Below are positions 15,504 through 23,146 of a stretch of 32,000 nt of DNA, piece after piece. The DNA is from Nitrospirota bacterium. GTDB taxonomy: Bacteria; Nitrospirota; UBA9217. The notes under the pieces are model-generated. The model saw only the letters and a list, made by a program, of their open reading frames with translations, ran no database searches and was not told the origin of the DNA. Numbering within the stretch: the stretch's first letter is position 1; the number at the start of each line of letters is the position of its first letter. The stretch spans positions 334,080-366,079 of the forward strand of contig CAVVUN010000015.1 of the NCBI GenBank assembly GCA_963751455.1, given 5' to 3'. The translations under genes and the position numbers were made by a program.

Positions 15504-16587
15504 TGTTGTTTCTTTCGGGACAGCGATATTTATGGGTCTTGCGCTGGGTTATATTCTGCAGAGAGGCCGCTTTTGTCTGAATTCGGCCTTTCGCGACATT
15601 ATTTTTATGCAGGACATGACGCTCTTCAGAGCGTATCTCCTGGCCCTTGTCGTAGCGGCTGTCGGCTCTAACCTGATCGAAGATCTGGGATTTCTTCAGG
15701 CGATCAATGCCGATACCGGCGCTTTCGAAACTACCGAGCTCCTGCGCCAGAGCTTCGTTCCCATTGCTAATATACTCGGCGGATTTCTGTTCGGACTCGG
15801 CATCGTTCTGGCAGGCGGATGCGCAAGCGGCATCGTGTACCGCATCGGGGAAGGCCAGTTGTCGGCGCTCATTGCAACACTTGGGTTCTTTTTCGGGGCA
15901 GTCATGACCGCGGACGGCCTTCTCAGCCCGATCAACAATTATCTGAAAGGTTTCAAAGTCGAGATCAACGGTACAACAAGTCCGGCGATCTGGGACCTGT
16001 TCGGCGGCGGTCCTGCCTTGAAATGGCTTACGATCGCTATCTTTGCCGTAGGGGTGCTCACCTTTGTTTTCGCGGGAAAGCCGGAGTTCAAGTCGAAGTC
16101 CAAAGGTTTTGCGTGGGGAACCACCGGCGTTGTTATCGGTGTTCTTACGATCACAGCATGGTGGGTATCATCCTATTTCGGCGGCGCCCCGCGTGGAATG
16201 GCGGTCAGCGGTCCTATCAGGGAATTCTTCAGCGTACTTCTGACCAAGAGTACGCATTCAAGCTTCCCGGAATTCAGCTTCCTCGGCATCTTCCGGGGCT
16301 CCTGGGGCATGTTCTTTATTTTCTCCGTACCGTTCGGAGCGTTGCTGAGCGCTCTTGCGCTCAAGGAATTCAAGTGGAAGATACCTCCCGCAACGGAGTT
16401 CCTGACGGTATTTTTCGGAAGCATCCTCATGGGAATCGGCGCGGTAATTGCCGGCGGCTGTAATCTCGGCCACGGCATAACCGGCATGTCAACGCTGGCT
16501 GTTTCCAGCCTGGTTGCGATCATTTCGATCATCCTTGGCAACTGGACCATGGTTTACTTCAAGATGATCAAACCGATGAAGGATTAA
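15490..16587 (+). CDS. yeeE: YeeE/YedE-family sulfur-compound (thiosulfate-type) transporter
   Basis: GGAGGGAAG SD before the ATG at 15490, which overlaps the end of usp3. Polytopic membrane protein with the three family cysteine motifs: QRGRFC, LAGGCASG, IAGGCNLGHG. Confidence 0.85.
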   Translation: MLHSSVVSFGTAIFMGLALGYILQRGRFCLNSAFRDIIFMQDMTLFRAYLLALVVAAVGSNLIEDLGFLQAINADTGAFETTELLRQSFVPIANILGGFLFGLGIVLAGGCASGIVYRIGEGQLSALIATLGFFFGAVMTADGLLSPINNYLKGFKVEINGTTSPAIWDLFGGGPALKWLTIAIFAVGVLTFVFAGKPEFKSKSKGFAWGTTGVVIGVLTITAWWVSSYFGGAPRGMAVSGPIREFFSVLLTKSTHSSFPEFSFLGIFRGSWGMFFIFSVPFGALLSALALKEFKWKIPPATEFLTVFFGSILMGIGAVIAGGCNLGHGITGMSTLAVSSLVAIISIILGNWTMVYFKMIKPMKD

Positions 16588-16693
16588 TAAAGCCCCCTTA
16601 GGGAAGGGCGGTTCCTGTTTTTTTGGGGCCGTCCTTTTTTTGTGATCCATAAATCCCGTTCCAGGCAAAGTATTTCCCTGATTTTGACGGTTA

Positions 16694-16864
16694 ATCCTAA
16701 AAAAAGCATTTGGGACGCAGAAAAATCGGATAAACGCAGATAAGGTCGGATAAAAAAACGTTCTTGTATCGTAAAAGCAGTCACCCTGCGGGTGAATTTT
16801 TTTCTCTAAAAATTCTTTTGTTTGATCTGCGTTCATCTGCGTCCAACTGCCGTTTTCAGGTTAA
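16694..16864 (-). repeat. Family-3 MITE-like structured element, copy C (inverted relative to B)
   Basis: By my manual alignment, the reverse complement of 16694-16864 matches 11886-12067 except for one 10-nt indel (gcagataacc), one G/A substitution, one T7/T8 run and the last 2 nt. Confidence 0.8.
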
Positions 16865-16995
16865 TAAGGTCTCTGATCACGGACGGTGAACGGACTTCAT
16901 TTCTTTTTTCATACATGGATTTTTGAAGGCAGGGGCATAAAGCGTAAACGGATTTTGAAACAGGTTTATTTAACCATCAGTGGAAGAATCGAGAG

Positions 16996-17415
16996 TCAAG
17001 CCATCGGAGCTGTCGGTTTCCTTTTACCTGCCATCATGCAGCCTATTGCAGCTATCAGCATGGAGAGCGGTATGAACATGACAAAGGAAACGATAACGCC
17101 GCCCAGGGCGGCCAGTCCGAGTCCCTCGGGTTTAAACACGTAGTTCAAAAGGAAAATCGCGCCTTTGATGACGACATGATCGATAAAGTAGATGACGATG
17201 CCTGCCGCAGCCGCCTGCCAGATGCCCCCGACATTTTTCCTGGCAACGAGCCAGCCCGCATAAAAAATGATCGAGATCCTTCCGATGTTATAGACGGTAT
17301 TGCCGACGTTGTAAGGCAGGAGTGAAAAGAGCGTATTGACGAGGAAGAAGTTAATGACGATAAAGAATACCGGCCGTCTCAGTACGGCCAGAAACTTCTT
17401 CAGTTTAATGTTCAT
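16996..17415 (-). CDS. Four-TM integral membrane protein of unknown function
   Basis: The ORF is hydrophobic throughout (FFIVINFFLVNTLFSLL, ISIIFYAGWLVA, AAAGIVIYFIDHVV, VIVSFVMFIPLSMLIAAIGCMMAG). Start uncertain (ATG at 17415 or GTG at 17436); no clear SD. Confidence 0.5.
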   Translation of the reverse strand: MNIKLKKFLAVLRRPVFFIVINFFLVNTLFSLLPYNVGNTVYNIGRISIIFYAGWLVARKNVGGIWQAAAAGIVIYFIDHVVIKGAIFLLNYVFKPEGLGLAALGGVIVSFVMFIPLSMLIAAIGCMMAGKRKPTAPMA

Positions 17416-17519
17416 AGCGCTTTTTGATAAATCCACTTTGGAAGGATGGTTTTCATGGGTATTGAGCGACCGGAGAGGCTCTTTGCCGCTACTGCAAGCT
17501 TTTCCGTGCTGACCGAAAG

Positions 17520-17552
17520 CTCCGTGGCCGGATTGTAAACCCGGCCACGGAG
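17520..17552 (-). terminator. Strong hairpin downstream of the repeat-protein gene (probable terminator)
   Basis: CTCCGTGGCCGG (17520-17531) and CCGGCCACGGAG (17541-17552) form a perfect 12-bp stem with a 9-nt loop. Only a short U-stretch (cuuu) follows on the minus strand. Confidence 0.5.
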
Positions 17553-17570
17553 AGATTGATGCAAACCTGA

Positions 17571-17843
17571 TTATTTATAGCCGCCAGCCGCAGGCGCTCC
17601 GTGCCCGCCCGCAGCAGGAGCCGGTGCTCCGTAGCCGCCCACAGCAGGAGCCGGTGCTCCGTACCCGCCCGCAGCAGGAGCTGGCGCTCCGTAGCCGCCC
17701 GCAGCAGGAGCCGGTGCTCCGTAGCCGCCCGCAGCTCCGTGAGTTGCCTGTGCCGTGCTCATGTCGTGCTGCTGACTATAAACCAGCAAAAACCCGATAA
17801 CGGTCGCCACGATCACAATCACAATTACCAGAGGTGCCTTCAT
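17571..17843 (-). CDS. Small N-terminally anchored protein with a tandem GGYGAPAPAA repeat tail
   Basis: 90 aa with a perfect AGGAGG SD 6 nt upstream. TM helix (PLVIVIVIVATVIGFLLVY), then HGAAGGYGAPAPAAGGYGAPAPAAGGYGAPAPAVGGYGAPAPAAGGHGAPAAGGYK. Confidence 0.7.
   Translation of the reverse strand: MKAPLVIVIVIVATVIGFLLVYSQQHDMSTAQATHGAAGGYGAPAPAAGGYGAPAPAAGGYGAPAPAVGGYGAPAPAAGGHGAPAAGGYK
17577..17736. repeat. 30-bp tandem repeat (about five units) inside the CDS
   Basis: Units gtRcccgcccRcagcaggagcYggYgctcc at 17601, 17631, 17661 and 17691, with partial units at both ends. In frame: 10 codons per unit. Confidence 0.85.
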
Positions 17844-17874
17844 AAGATCCTCCTGAGATACGGTTTAACCCGTC

Positions 17875-18126
17875 TCACGCTTTTTGGATTTTAAAGATGA
17901 TCTTGCCGCCTTCGTTCTTCTTTTCGACGAGGTCGTGTCCAGCCTGGTCGATCATCTGAACAATGGTTTCCGCAGACGAGGGGTTGTCGAAAATCATCTT
18001 GAGCGTATCACCGGACGCGATTTTCTCCAGGGATTTTTTGCAGTATATCTGCGGATGAGGGCACACATAGCCGCACACATCCAGCATGTATACCCCATCA
18101 CCTTTTTTCTCAAACTTCATAGCCAT
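17875..18126 (-). CDS. tusA: TusA/SirA-family sulfur carrier protein
   Basis: 83 aa with an AGGAGG SD. Conserved Cys-Pro-x-Pro motif (DVCGYVCPHPQ). Lies directly downstream of a YedE-like gene, the YeeE/YeeD-type pairing. Confidence 0.8.
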   Translation of the reverse strand: MAMKFEKKGDGVYMLDVCGYVCPHPQIYCKKSLEKIASGDTLKMIFDNPSSAETIVQMIDQAGHDLVEKKNEGGKIIFKIQKA

Positions 18127-18157
18127 GACGAATTACCTCCTTAAGAGTAAATTGATG

Positions 18158-19585
18158 TTATTGAACACCGAAATCGGCCATTTCCGCGGCCATCTTTCTT
18201 TCTGACCACCAGTTGAAGAACTTGACGCCTCCATAAGCTCCGGTGACCATTCCGATACCGTACAGCCATCCGCTCGGATCGCCGCCGGCTACGCGGATGA
18301 AGAATGCTCCGATATTGCATCCGAGCGCTGGACGGGATCCCAGTCCCATAAGGGTGCCGCCCAAGAGCCCCCAGACGATGAGTTCGCCTTTCGGCAGTTT
18401 GAACTTGAACTCCTTGCTGAGGAGGGACATGATCATGGCGCCGAAGATAATCCCGAGGGACATCCAGAGCGCGGGGTTGCGCCAGAGCTGCGGTAATCCG
18501 TTATTCAATCCGAAGAAGATATTGTCCCGCATGTTCCAACCGAGTTTATCCAGCACCCAGGCCCCGAACTGTCCTTCCTGGGTGGTAATATACCAGTACC
18601 CCGGATCGAAAACAGTACCCCGGGCGCCGGTATCGGCAGCATGGCCCATCCGTATAAGCAGTTCTCCAAAGTTGGTAATGCCGAACTTGATCTGCATGCC
18701 CTTCATCACGAATATGTGCAGGCCCGCGGTAATGCCTATGATGACGCCCATCAGGGTCGTCCGCTTTGAAGCGGTCAGCATGCTCCAAATTCCGGCAAAA
18801 TTGTCCGAAAATGAAGTGGGCTTGCTTGTCTGCTTTGCCCGCTTCTTGAGGAACCCTTTGCGGATGTAGAAAGCATAGATGACAACGATCAGCACGAGGG
18901 CCGGAATGATTGCGCTGATCAGCGCGTCACCGATGAAGTATTTTGAAGCGCCCGGGAGGGCACCTCCAATCGCTTTCGTGTGGGAGAGCTGGATGGCGGG
19001 TTGATCCCATACGTAACCGGTCAGGTAGTAGTCGAACCAGGAGCTCATTTTGTCGGCGGGAAGATTTTTAGCCGCGCTGGCAACCTTCCAGCTTTCAGGT
19101 ACGAGTTTCAGAAAAGGACCGCCGAGGTCGACGAAGATCGCCTGGCCGAAAGATATGCCGAGGATGGAAAGAATCGATGTGCCATTGCCTTCACCGATTT
19201 TGTACAAAGATCCCGAGGCGCACCCGCCGGCAAGAACCATTCCGACGCCGAAAATGACGCCCGATATCAGCGTATGAACGCCAAACGGGGCCGGGTGGAA
19301 GGTGCTCATATTGGTTGAAGCGAGTGTGGCCTGAATAATGCTGAAAAAGATGAGAGCTACGAGAATCCCGACGGCCATGCGGGGAACTCCCGCGGCAAAC
19401 AAATCTCGCGACGCCGAAGCGAAACAGAAACGCCCGTATTGAAGCATCATGCCGTACGCAATGCCGAACCAGATATATACTACCACATAGATGTAGTATA
19501 CATTTGCCTTGTAATAGGCCAGACTGATCAGGACCATCAAGCCAGTTACTATGAAGGCCCAAATCTGATTTCGTTTCTCTTCCAT
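18158..19585 (-). CDS. Large YeeE/YedE-family sulfur transporter-like membrane protein
   Basis: 475 aa, polytopic. Family motifs QYGRFCFASA, LAGGCASGSLYK and PALGCNIGAFF, with a long central insertion relative to the 366-aa paralog at 15490. Confidence 0.8.
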   Translation of the reverse strand: MEEKRNQIWAFIVTGLMVLISLAYYKANVYYIYVVVYIWFGIAYGMMLQYGRFCFASASRDLFAAGVPRMAVGILVALIFFSIIQATLASTNMSTFHPAPFGVHTLISGVIFGVGMVLAGGCASGSLYKIGEGNGTSILSILGISFGQAIFVDLGGPFLKLVPESWKVASAAKNLPADKMSSWFDYYLTGYVWDQPAIQLSHTKAIGGALPGASKYFIGDALISAIIPALVLIVVIYAFYIRKGFLKKRAKQTSKPTSFSDNFAGIWSMLTASKRTTLMGVIIGITAGLHIFVMKGMQIKFGITNFGELLIRMGHAADTGARGTVFDPGYWYITTQEGQFGAWVLDKLGWNMRDNIFFGLNNGLPQLWRNPALWMSLGIIFGAMIMSLLSKEFKFKLPKGELIVWGLLGGTLMGLGSRPALGCNIGAFFIRVAGGDPSGWLYGIGMVTGAYGGVKFFNWWSERKMAAEMADFGVQ

Positions 19586-19921
19586 AAGACTATTTCCCCC
19601 TTAAAAAAATAGTTTTGAAAGGTGTGACCAAGGATTATATCAGCGCGTATTTTCTTTAGTCGCCCTCCTTTCGCTTGAGATTCTGCGTTGACCGATAAAT
19701 TTTATTTATGGGTCGGGATGGAAAACTTATGCGATTTATCAGCACATTAGGACGTACTGTACATTGATAGCACAATCAGGGAAATAAAGACAAGCACTAT
19801 TTTTTCTTTGCAGAGTTGCTAAATTACTTAACTTGTAATGATAAGACAAGGCCAAATTCGGCCGGAAATAAGGGGTGCGATACGAGTAAGGCGATGCAGG
19901 AAGCTTACGATTAACTGAATC

Positions 19922-21603
19922 CTATTTCTGGTATAATCTGATGCCGACTGTAGATTGAAAAACGTTTTCATTCGCGGTGAATGTCTGTAGTAATCGGTGC
20001 CCTTCCAGTTTCTTTCGAACCGTCCCGGGCAGCTCTGAGGACCTTGCGTCGGAGATAACAACAACAGGCAGCCCCCGATCACGGTCCTGAAGGCAGTTAT
20101 AATACGGCGGGTCCCGGTAGAGCCAGGTGAAGCGGAGCGAGGAATTCCGGATTGTCTGTGCGGGCGGGGAGGCGGAAGCGTCGAACCGATAGCATATTTG
20201 TTTTGTCGTAAAGAGGTCGAGAAGCGGAACGGACACCGCCGGGTTCACAAGCGGCTCCGGCGGGGCCAGCGTTACAACTTCGATTTGCCTGCTCTGGAGC
20301 GTTTCCAGGTAAGCGCCTGCGTGTTTGATATTCTGGGCACTCATGCTCGTGGCGAACGGCAGGTAGGCGCAGAAAACGACGACCAAAGACGAGGCCACAG
20401 TGCCGTACAGGATCAAACGCCGTCGATCTTGCCGGACAGTATTCAGCCCGTACCCGGCCATGAGAGCGAGCATCGGGAAGGCGGGTATAATGTACCGGAT
20501 CCTTTTGATATCGAGCAGTACGATCATCAAAATGAGCCAACTCGTGATTAACAACTTCCAATCACGCCTTCGTATGGCGGCAACAATGGAAACCAGAGCG
20601 AGTATTGATATAAAGGGATGGACCTGAAAAAAAAGGTCGAAAAGAAGCTTTCACCCCACCGTTCGAGCCCAGGTATTTGATATCCTCTCAGCAGGGAGAT
20701 CTGCTCGGAAATGACATCCGGTTTTGTGGACAAAATTGCGGCGGACAGCAAACCTGAAGCGGCTAGTACCAGAAAGCCGCGTCGCGCACAAGTGCGGCCG
20801 GTTGTTGCTTTTTTTTCAAAATAGTGAACGGCAAGCATAACCGGAAGAATGGAGAGCAACAGCCATGAAGAATATTTTGAGAGGACGGCAAGCACTATTG
20901 AAACTGCAGAGATACTGATCCAAATGCCGCCGCTTCTGTTCATTGCTTCAAGGAACGCAAAGACGGCGAGCGTGAAGAAGCACATTGTCGGAACATCCAC
21001 GAGCATGAGCGGAACCTGCGTGAGCAGGTAGGGAATGCCGAGAAGCAGGAGCGCACCGGAAAAACCGGTTTCCCTGCCCCAAAGCCTTTTCCCAATCAGG
21101 TAGGTAAGAACCGTTGTGAGCGAAAAAAGGGCTGTTGTAAAGACCTGTATGCCTGCCCTGGTTTCACCGAAGACCTTAAAAATGAATCCGTAGAGGAAGG
21201 GGACAAGCGGCATATCCGTCCAGGCGACGATTCCACCGCCCCATTCTTCAAAAAAATACGGGATTCCGTAGATTTCCAGATGTTTTGCCTGCGTAAAGTA
21301 CCGGGAAGCGTCGATGATAAGTTCGGGTTCCTGCCATAATGGGACAATTGCCGCAAATGAGATAACCGCAAGAAAAGGGATATGATAATCGTCGGGGACC
21401 GCCCACAGCGAGAGAAAAGCAGCGATCACGAGACCGGCTGCGAGAAAGAGATAGACCGGCCACCCCTCCACTGCCGCAAATACCCAGGACCAGCTGAAAA
21501 GACTGTTATCATCCAGACCTCGCAAAAAAAAGGCGGTGATAAAGACAGGGAGAAAAAGAGCAAGGATTGCGAAAACAGCCGTCGTTCTTTTCATGTGACG
21601 CAT
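19922..21603 (-). pseudogene. GT39/ArnT-like (COG1807) membrane glycosyltransferase interrupted by a 1-nt frameshift in an A8/T8 run
   Basis: The track ORFs of 351 aa (20548-21603) and 210 aa (19922-20554) are the N- and C-parts of one polytopic protein (DASRYF loop motif, many TM helices). The downstream frame is open back to the homopolymer at 20627-20634. One extra T gives ...FFSTFFFQVHPFISILALVSIVAAIRRRDWKLLITSWLILM... Confidence 0.6.
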
Positions 21604-21703
21604 TATAGCATTACGTCATTTCAAGTTCTATGCTTTAAAATCGGATGGTCAAACAGCTGTGGTTAAAGATTTAAGAGCCGGGATTCTGTCAAGGTAAGTG
21701 ATT

Positions 21704-21732
21704 CCGGGAGGCACCGAAGCGATGCCTCCCGG
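21704..21732 (-). terminator. Perfect 10-bp hairpin just after the rhodanese stop
   Basis: CCGGGAGGCA (21704-21713), loop ccgaagcga, TGCCTCCCGG (21723-21732). No U-tract follows on the minus strand, so terminator function is uncertain. Confidence 0.35.
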
Positions 21733-21740
21733 GGAGTTGA

Positions 21741-22241
21741 CTATTTTGCGAGCGGGTAATTACTTGTCGCCGCGTTTTGAATTGCAGTCTGCATATTCTG
21801 TCCGCCGCGATAGTCCTTGATCCAGGCGGCATAACCGAAGGACATGGTGTATGCGTCGTATCCCAGAGCCCTTAATCCTACGACCGGAAGGTTCTGGATC
21901 TGACCGGTTACGCATACGAGGATGACTTTTTTGTTCTTGGGAAGCTTTTTGAGATTCTCGGGCTTGAAGATGTCCTGATTGGAGATCTGAATGGCCCCGG
22001 GTATATGGCCTGCGCTGAATTCAGCCGGATTGGGGCGAACATCAACAACGACGAAGTCCGTTTTTTTCTGGTCGATCATTTCCTTGACCTCATCGGCCGG
22101 TATCTGCCAGAACTTCACCTGGGCGCCTTTCGAAAGCACCGCATTGAGTTTTGATGCCATATCGTCCGCGCCCCACGATGCGGGAACTGCAACCGAGACC
22201 GATAGCACAAGAACCAGCAGCATGACAATTCTCTTTTTCAT
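21741..22241 (-). CDS. Periplasmic single-domain rhodanese-like sulfurtransferase
   Basis: GGAGGGGG SD before the ATG at 22241. Signal peptide MKKRIVMLLVLVLSVSVAVPASWG. Rhodanese fold pattern (VVDVRPNPAEFSAGHIPGAIQI) and active-site loop VCVTGQIQ. Confidence 0.75.
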   Translation of the reverse strand: MKKRIVMLLVLVLSVSVAVPASWGADDMASKLNAVLSKGAQVKFWQIPADEVKEMIDQKKTDFVVVDVRPNPAEFSAGHIPGAIQISNQDIFKPENLKKLPKNKKVILVCVTGQIQNLPVVGLRALGYDAYTMSFGYAAWIKDYRGGQNMQTAIQNAATSNYPLAK

Positions 22242-22309
22242 TTTCCCCCTCCTCTGATTTTGGTATGTTCTGATCGGGACAGATTCCCGAGAACGGCTTG
22301 TTGCCATGT

Positions 22310-22612
22310 CTAGAGTACGATTACCTTATCCGCGTCATGATGCATGACCGCGTTGTTGTACTGACTGCCGCACACGATCTCTTTGGGAAGTCCTTCGGAT
22401 GTGACCCCTATGTGTTTCGCGCTATGATCGCAAAAGCCGACAGTGACGCCCGGCGTCTTGCAGAGTTCCGCATATTGAGGTGTTCCAACGAGTTTTGTTC
22501 CCTCGTCCATATTGAACAGGATCACGGTATGTCCTTTTGCCAGGGCCGCCTTCGTTATTCCCTGCACGGCCTCCATATTTTTATCAGTATTCACGAATAT
22601 GCCTAATTTCAT
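22310..22612 (-). CDS. Small DsrE/TusD-superfamily protein with a candidate active-site Cys
   Basis: 100 aa with a GGAGG SD. MKLGIFVNTD... start and FCDHSAKHIGV segment resemble the DsrE/TusD Cys loop. Shorter than canonical DsrE. Confidence 0.6.
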   Translation of the reverse strand: MKLGIFVNTDKNMEAVQGITKAALAKGHTVILFNMDEGTKLVGTPQYAELCKTPGVTVGFCDHSAKHIGVTSEGLPKEIVCGSQYNNAVMHHDADKVIVL

Positions 22613-22680
22613 GAGTAGTGCCTCCTCTCGAATTTCCGCACCCGGTTGAATGACCGTGGGCGCTCATTGCTCGTCAACGA

Positions 22681-22848
22681 TTACCAGGAGATTACCTTGT
22701 CGCTGGAAAAAATAAGGTCCACGAGCTGGTCGTAGTTTTTATTTTGCTGAATGTTGATGACGGTTACTTCGTTTCCTTTTTTATGTTCTTCCAGAATCTT
22801 TTTTGCCGTAGCATCCAATTCCTTTTTCTGAATATGCAGAATTTTCAT
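22681..22848 (-). CDS. 55-aa DsrH/TusB-like mini protein (not in the ORF track)
   Basis: Manual translation gives MKILHIQKKELDATAKKILEEHKKGNEVTVINIQQNKNYDQLVDLIFSSDKVISW, with an AGGTGA SD. The ending Y..LV.L....KVISW resembles the DsrH/TusB C-terminus as I recall it. Confidence 0.5.
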   Translation of the reverse strand: MKILHIQKKELDATAKKILEEHKKGNEVTVINIQQNKNYDQLVDLIFSSDKVISW

Positions 22849-22873
22849 CGTTTATCACCTCGTTCGGATAGTA

Positions 22874-23146
22874 TTAAAACGGCACGATATGGTCATATTC
22901 CAGCAGTTTTGTGGCTAGTTCTTCTGTGGACATGTATTCCATACCGGCGTTGTCTTTTGTATTCGTAGCCAACTTCATTCCCATGTCCTTGATGGTCTCG
23001 ATATTCAGATCGTTGTCGTCGTTTTTTTCGACTTTTCTATCGAGCACGTACACATCGATGCTGTCATCCATCAACGTGATTCCTACCGACATTCTCAGGG
23101 CTTCTCCCTGACGGTCTCGTACGAGTACCGCTATTTTTTTACCCAT
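22874..23146 (-). CDS. 90-aa Cys-less DsrE/DsrF-like protein
   Basis: AGGAGG SD. MGKKIAVLVRDRQGEALRMSVGITLMDDSIDVYVLD fits the N-terminal beta-alpha-beta pattern of the DsrE/F/H superfamily. No cysteine. Confidence 0.5.
   Translation of the reverse strand: MGKKIAVLVRDRQGEALRMSVGITLMDDSIDVYVLDRKVEKNDDNDLNIETIKDMGMKLATNTKDNAGMEYMSTEELATKLLEYDHIVPF

Noticed and set aside
15819-16463. 214-aa plus-strand ORF in an alternative frame, and minus-strand ORFs at 16173-16550
   Set aside because: They overlap yeeE, whose frame carries the three conserved Cys motifs and continuous TM helices. The alternatives are Arg-rich nonsense frames.
12068-16693. Interpretation of the repeat-bracketed module as a composite transposon
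   Set aside because: There is no transposase, integrase or recombinase ORF on either strand between or next to the repeats, and I saw no target duplication. It is kept only as a repeat-bracketed cassette hypothesis.
17447-17539. 30-aa plus-strand ORF (MVFMGIERPERLF...) between the membrane-protein and repeat-protein genes
   Set aside because: The GGAAGG directly abuts the ATG with no spacer. The ORF runs into the terminator hairpin, and I see no sign of conservation.
18243-19562. Plus-strand 208-aa and other ORFs overlapping the large YedE-like gene
   Set aside because: They are antisense or alternative frames with Pro/Ser/Arg bias and no start signals. The minus frame has the family motifs.
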